A DNA stretch of 64,000 nt, taken from contig CM022674.1 in the NCBI GenBank assembly GCA_012295275.1, positions 4,402,001-4,466,000 of the forward strand, written 5' to 3'. Shown in pieces: positions 53,910 to 64,000 of the stretch. Below the pieces are notes generated by a model, which ran no database searches, was not told the origin of the DNA, and saw only the letters and a list, made by a program, of their open reading frames with translations. Source of the DNA: Chrysomallon squamiferum. Lineage: Eukaryota > Animalia > Mollusca. Made by a program: the position numbers and the translations under genes. Positions within the stretch are counted from its first letter, which is position 1, and each line of letters begins with the position of its first letter.

Positions 53910-55577
53910 GGACGAAATTTCCCCAAGTGATCCAGTAAAATAGCTCCAAACTCTTTATATAATTATGACATATTAATCATATTTTTGGTTTATTCTTAAG
54001 GCGATAATTGATTTTATTCTTTATTTATTGTGAAAACAAAATTTAGTATGAAAAAAAAAAGAATTTCATTAATATATGTTTCAAAAAATCTAGTGAGAAA
54101 TGAGATTACTTTATTATTATCATATATATTATTTTTATCATATTCACTGAAAAGATATTCTTCCATTTACTGAATGATTTTTCATGTTATCCGCATTACT
54201 TTTATAAAGATCTGAAAATATGTTCTTGAAAATTTAAAGCTATTTCATCATTCTTGTGTTGAATAAAATGCTTTTCAAAAAACATGGTGAATTCAACAAA
54301 TGAGAAATATTTTTATAGCAGACAGAAAATAACAAAATAAATTAAAATCTTGAATTAAGAAGAAAACAAGTATGAGTTGCTGAACTCTCAGAAAGTTAGC
54401 TTATGTTTTAAAAGCTGCAATATTGTTTTTTTATATTCATATACCCACACACATACACACATACACAAATACGCACACACAGACAGACACACATATTATA
54501 GAGTGATTGCAATTAGTATCATTTCATCTTGTTTTACTATTTTCATAATTTAAAAATAATTAATAAATAAAAAATATAAACAAATAAATCAGCAAATGAA
54601 TAAAATAATAATAATTGAAAAAATAAAATAAATGTTGGTGATAATGATGACAATAATAGTAGCATGCAAAATGTGTATTAATTTAAACTGTGTTTTTAAC
54701 AATAATGTAATCAAGTGTAATCGATTGCAAATATGTTTTTATTTCCTTTTTTATTTAATATGGTCATAATTTATGAAAGAAAGTAGTATATCATTTTAGA
54801 TAAACAGATACATAAAACTGTCACTTTTACGAGTTTCTGTTTATGTTTATCAAACTGTCATATTTTTATTTTAAATTCTACTGTTTTTAAGGCAGTAGGG
54901 ATAGTTAAAATAATATCCACTGATACTGACACCATATGTTGGGACCAAATTTCCCCAAATGATGGAGTAAAATAACTCCAAACTTATTATGTAATTATGA
55001 TATTATTAATCACATTTTTTGTTTATTCTTTAGCTGCTAATTGATTTCGTATTTCATTTGTTGACAACAGAAACGTAGTATGAAATAACAGTATTTTATT
55101 ACTTTATTATAAGCATATCTATTTTTTTATCATCTTCACTATATCATCTTCACAATAATAATAGCATGCACAAAGAGTATTAATTTAAATTGTATTTATT
55201 TATAATATTATAATAACATGTAATCGATTAGAAATATGATTTTTTTGTTGTTGTTTAATATCGTCATAATTTCTAAAAGAAATGAATATATCGTTTTAGA
55301 TAAACAGATGCATAAAACTGTAACTTTTACGAGTTTCTGTTTTATGTTTTCAAAACTGTCAAATTTTTCTTTTTAAATTTTTCTGTTCTCTGTTGTTATT
55401 AATGTAGTAGAGATAGTTAACATATAATCTCTTTTTTTTTTTTTTTTTTTTTTTTATTTTACTTCTTTTATATATTTATTTATTTATTGCTTGTTTCTTT
55501 CCTTTTCTGCTCCCTTGATATTACTGCAGAAAACGTAGTTAAAATAATGTTACTATTTTATTTGTTTATATATAATA

Positions 55578-55627
<50 letters not shown>

Positions 55628-55696
55628 TTAAACAACAGTTTCTGAACTCTGAGACAGTGAGGTTATGTTTTAAATCCTGCAACAATTATTTTATAT

Positions 55697-55740
<44 letters not shown>

Positions 55741-56619
55741 AGAGCGACGCACAAAAATAGTATAGACTGATCGCATTTAGTATCAATATATCTTCTTTTA
55801 CTATTTTCATAACATACAACTAACAAAAATGATAAATAATAATAATTAAAAAAATATATAAATAAACGTTTTGATGATGATGTGAATAATCATAGCATGG
55901 ACAAGGAGTATTAATTTAAACTATTATAATATTATAATAACCTCTAATCGATTATATATATACATTTTTCGTTTGTTATTTAATATCGTCATAATTTCTA
56001 AAAGTAAAGAATATATCATTTTAGATAAACAGATACATAAAACTGTCAGTTTTGCGAGTTTCTGTTTTATTATAATATTCTGTCTAGTAACAGCACAAAC
56101 CCGCTGGTCTGAAATAATAAATTACGACAACTACCCATTAATATGGAAAAAAAGTATATTTAACACCCAGATTATGTACTAAACAAATATCTCTTATTGA
56201 TTTTCAATACACAATTCTTAATAGAATAACAGCAAACAACAGCTTTCTTTGTAGACTGGGATTCGGAACGATACACTTTGCACATTCTGTAAACGAACAT
56301 ACACCGTTTTGTAAAATGTTCCAAAGTGACTCTTTTGTGGAGAAAATTGGAATTCTTTATTTAAAGATAAATAAATAAATAAATAATAAAAAAGTATCCG
56401 GTATTTTGTATCCGGTCATGTACAGATTAATACGTGTGATCCGGCAGTTTGTAAGGAAACTAAGACACAGGTGCACACACAGACAGACAAACACGCACAC
56501 ACGCACAAACACATACGTATTACACACGTATGAAAAAGCTAGGCGAATCAAGTAGAGTCAAACTTCTTTATGACGCCGAAATATACCAGGAATAGTATGA
56601 GCGCGATGTCACTGTCAAA

Positions 56620-57515
56620 TAAAACAGAAATGAAAATTTTATATTTGAAGGTAAACAAAATATTTATACTGCTTTTTTTTAAAGATAAATATATAGATAA
56701 TCTAGTTTTATCTAAACTTGAAGCAAATGTTGGTGAACATATAAATAAAAAGTTTAATAATCCTTTTTGGAATGATGCATTCATTGCCTGGAAAGGTGTT
56801 GTGCTAAAAATAAAAACTGAAACTGCTGACGAAATAGTAAATGAACCATTATGGTAGAACACACATTTGAAAAACACGTCATTATTTTTTTCGCAATTGG
56901 TACAATAACGGTATCATACTTATCCGAAATCTTTTAACAGAAACAGGATACATCATTCGTTTTGCAGAGTTAAAACAAAAATATAACATACGAGGAACCT
57001 TTTTAGATTACGAAATAATAATTCATTGTATGTCTGAAAAGTGGAAACGCATTGTCCGACAATTACAAGGACAGATAAATCTGTATAATACTTTGTGTCC
57101 AATGTATATGTTATTGATCACAAAAATGAATAAAGGTTGTGGTGAATGTTATAATATTCTGTCTAGAAACTGCACAAATCCGCTGGTCTGAAATAATAAA
57201 CGACGACAACTACCCATTAATATGGGAAAAAGGTGTATTTAACACCCTGATTATGTACTAAACAAATCGGTCTTATTAATTTTCAATACACAATTCCTAA
57301 TAGAATAACAGCAAACAACAGCTTTCTTTGTCGACTGGGATTCGAAACGATACACTTTGCACATTCTGTAAAGAATACGAGGAAACAAACCTGCACTTTT
57401 TTGTAAAACGTTCCAAAGTTACTCTGTTGTGGAGAAATTTGGAATCGTGAATTTTTGATGTTACTGGACTCCGTAGAATTGTAAACGATAGAAAGATAAT
57501 ATTTGGTTTACAAAC
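56620..57515 (+). mobile_element. Decayed L1/Tx1-clade LINE, ORF2 C-terminal fragment
   Basis: Translates with stops and frameshifts to NNPFWNDAFIAWK...NEPLW*N...WYNNGIILIRNLL...FAELKQKYNIRGTFLDY...KWK, then FQYTI.NRITANNSFLCRLG....CTFCKEYEETNLHFF. This is the post-RT region and the CxxC..ETxxH zinc-binding (zf-RVT) motif. Confidence 0.85.
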
Positions 57516-58335
57516 AGACTTAGCCGCGGGAGGATAAGGAGGGTACGCAATGACAGGAGGATTCAGCGGTGATATGGGTGGAGGTAGTATGAAGGGAGGT
57601 GGCGTGACTGGAGGGTTATGATTCGAGGTGGCATGATGGGAGGGGGCATGTACGATCGTTAATAATGAACATGTTTAAAAGTACCTTTCTTTAATAGTTT
57701 TATAGTTTTGTTTATTTAGACTGTTACTTATCTTGAGTTTAAGCTATACTGCCAAGAATAGAAACTATATAATTTTACTTTTCTTTCAAATCCTGACATA
57801 CCGTATACTTTTTTATTCAGAAATCAGACGCAAATATTTTTATTTTTAAAACGGTTAGAAAAATATGACAACAAAATTAGTATTTTTGCTTCATTTTCAG
57901 AAATACACATTGATGTACCAGAGGAAAGAAGATTACTATTATTGGTTATCAATTAACTAAATAAAACATTTTGTAATATGAGATTTTGTTTTTGTTAATT
58001 TCAAATATATTACAATACAGATGTTTGATACTCATAATGCAAGGCAAAGGTTATTCAGGAAAAATAGTGTAGATATGCATTCGTGGATTAATATCAATTA
58101 TTTTAGTAAAAAATGTTTAATTAATATCTTAATCGGATCCATCCGTTAAGAAATGATAATACTTAACGAATGCGTTTTTTGTTAACAAATCTATTTTTTA
58201 ATTTTTAATCCTGTTTTCTAAATAATTGTTGCACATAGGCAACGGGACAGGATGTGTGTTGTATGCTTGAAACTAATACAAGTTTCGAAATGGATAAATA
58301 GACAAAGAGAGAGACAGAGAGAGACAGAGAGAGAC

Positions 58336-58495
<160 letters not shown>

Positions 58496-58583
58496 GAGCT
58501 GAACCTCTTAATGATTTCGTACCCTCGGTTTCATAGAGTTCAAACAGAAACATAACAATAATTTCAATGTTTCACATTAGTAT

Positions 58584-58589
58584 TTTATT
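58584..58589 (-). terminator. Polyadenylation signal AATAAA, peptide gene copy 3
   Basis: 22 nt after the stop codon. Confidence 0.65.
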
Positions 58590-58611
58590 ATCTCTTCAGG
58601 AGCTTGCAACA

Positions 58612-62176
<3,565 letters not shown>

Positions 62177-62223
62177 AGTGAACAACGTCAACTGAAAACC
62201 TGCCGGTATTCGTTAAATGTTTA

Positions 62224-62262
<39 letters not shown>

Positions 62263-62519
62263 TAGATTTAATATTTAGCGTTTTGAACTAATTAGGAAAA
62301 CACTTAAATTCTAAGATTATTGAATATGGATCTTGAAAACAGAGAAACGAAAATGAATATGTTATTCTCTCTTTCAAGTTTGTTAATGTATTTCCCTAAG
62401 ATTTTAAACTTTTTCCGTCTGTAGTAACCAACTATTCGAAACATATACTACATTTAACTGTATAATTAGTTTAGAATTTTACATGTAAAAAAAATGATTA
62501 TAAAGTGAATATAACTTAC

Positions 62520-62591
62520 CAAAATTAGTTGTAGTAGTGAATGATCTAGCAGTGAGAATATGTTCAATATCATGGGCAAGAGGTATTTATA
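62520..62591 (-). promoter_or_regulatory. TATA box, initiator and non-coding exon 1 of peptide gene copy 3
   Basis: Canonical TATAAATA at 62584-62591; TCACT at 62551-62555; donor gtaagt next to 62520. Confidence 0.72.
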
Positions 62592-62859
62592 CTGATGCAC
62601 GGACACAATAATAATGAATTAAACATTTGATATCTAATAAACTACTATGGCAGAAGAAATATAATATCAAAATAAATATAAATTTCGTGACAGATGAACA
62701 GATAAAACGTTAAATATTCATACATTTTATAATTAATTTACTCTGTGCATTCTGTCGATTTATCTTTCTGAATGTTAGTCTGTTATGTGTTTGTCTGTTG
62801 TATATGGGTGTATTTGCCTGTATATATCTGTATCTATCTATCTTTCTATCTCTCATTCT

Positions 62860-62904
<45 letters not shown>

Positions 62905-63925
62905 ATACCTATATATCTATCCATATAGCTAGCTATGTGTCTGTCTGTCTGTCTGTCTGTGTGTCTATATGTCTACATTTTATTTGTTTCTCTTCTCTGG
63001 TTTAAAACATATTATTCTCATTTGTAGTATACTAGTATACTAAGATATTAATTAAACATAAATTAAATAAAATAACTCCGGTACCCATTGCATTAATAAT
63101 GAATAATAACATTAAAGCATAGAATAATAATAAAGGATGAAAGTATTTTTTTCATAAAACATTTGAGTAGTATTATGGGACAGCAAAAAAAAAACGAAAC
63201 AAAAGTTCTACTACTGATACTACTATTTCTCCTACTAATACCAGTAATAATAATAAAAAAAATAAAAATAATAATAATAGTATTAGTAATAGTAATAGTT
63301 ATAATAATTATATATGTAAACAAATAAAATAGTACCATTATTTCAAATACCTCTTCAGCATTAATAACAAGAGAGCAGAAAAGAAGACAAATAAATAAGC
63401 AATAAATAAACAGACAGACAAATAAATAGATAAATAAATAAATAAATAAGTAAAATCAAAAAGATACATTATTTTAGCTATCTCTACTGCATTAATAACA
63501 ACAGAGGACAGAAAAAATAAAAAATAAAAATATGACAGTTTGAAAAACATAAAACAGAAACTCGTTAAAACTGACAGTTTTATGCATCTGTTTATGTAAA
63601 ATGATATACTCTTTTATTTTATTAATTATGACCATATTACATAACAAACGAAAACAAAAATAATAATAATCGATTGCACGTTATATTATTATTAAAAAAA
63701 AACACAGTTTAAATTAATACACATTCTGCATGCTATTATTATTGTCATCATTATCACCAACATTTACTTTATTTTTGCAATTATTATTCACATCCTGATC
63801 ATAAACGTTTATTTTTTTTTTTTTATTATTATTATTTTTTGTTTGTTTGTTGTATATTATGAAAATAGCAAAACAAGATAAAATGATACTAAATGCGAAA
63901 AGTCTATAACATTTTTGTACGTCTA

Positions 63926-63971
<46 letters not shown>

Positions 63972-64000
63972 TAAGAATATAGAATAATTATTGCATCATT

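Overview
AT-rich, microsatellite-dense eukaryotic DNA, probably from an invertebrate animal (lophotrochozoan-like; inferred, not shown). Nearly all ORF-track entries are simple-repeat artefacts; the real genes are spliced and were decoded by hand. A 200-N scaffold gap (39236-39435) separates two tandem arrays. LEFT (1-39235): about 3.5 copies of an 11-13 kb unit. Each unit carries a minus-strand CARD-only gene (three complete copies: 126, 158 and about 105 aa) with IRF/ETS motifs at its 5' end, plus decayed calsyntenin exons on the plus strand. RIGHT (39436-64000): three copies of a 10-12 kb unit. Each carries a minus-strand micro-exon gene: TATA box, 5'UTR exon, signal-peptide exon, symmetric phase-2 micro-exons of 12/15/30-42/24 nt, and a terminal exon with AATAAA. 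The two complete copies encode 65-aa secreted precursors with a conserved signal peptide, a hypervariable His/Arg-rich core and a conserved C-terminus. Both gene families show a strong excess of amino-acid-changing differences between copies. The micro-exon peptide family is the best candidate for an undescribed system. Also present: a hAT-type MITE with an 8-bp TSD, L1/Tx1 LINE fragments and minisatellites.
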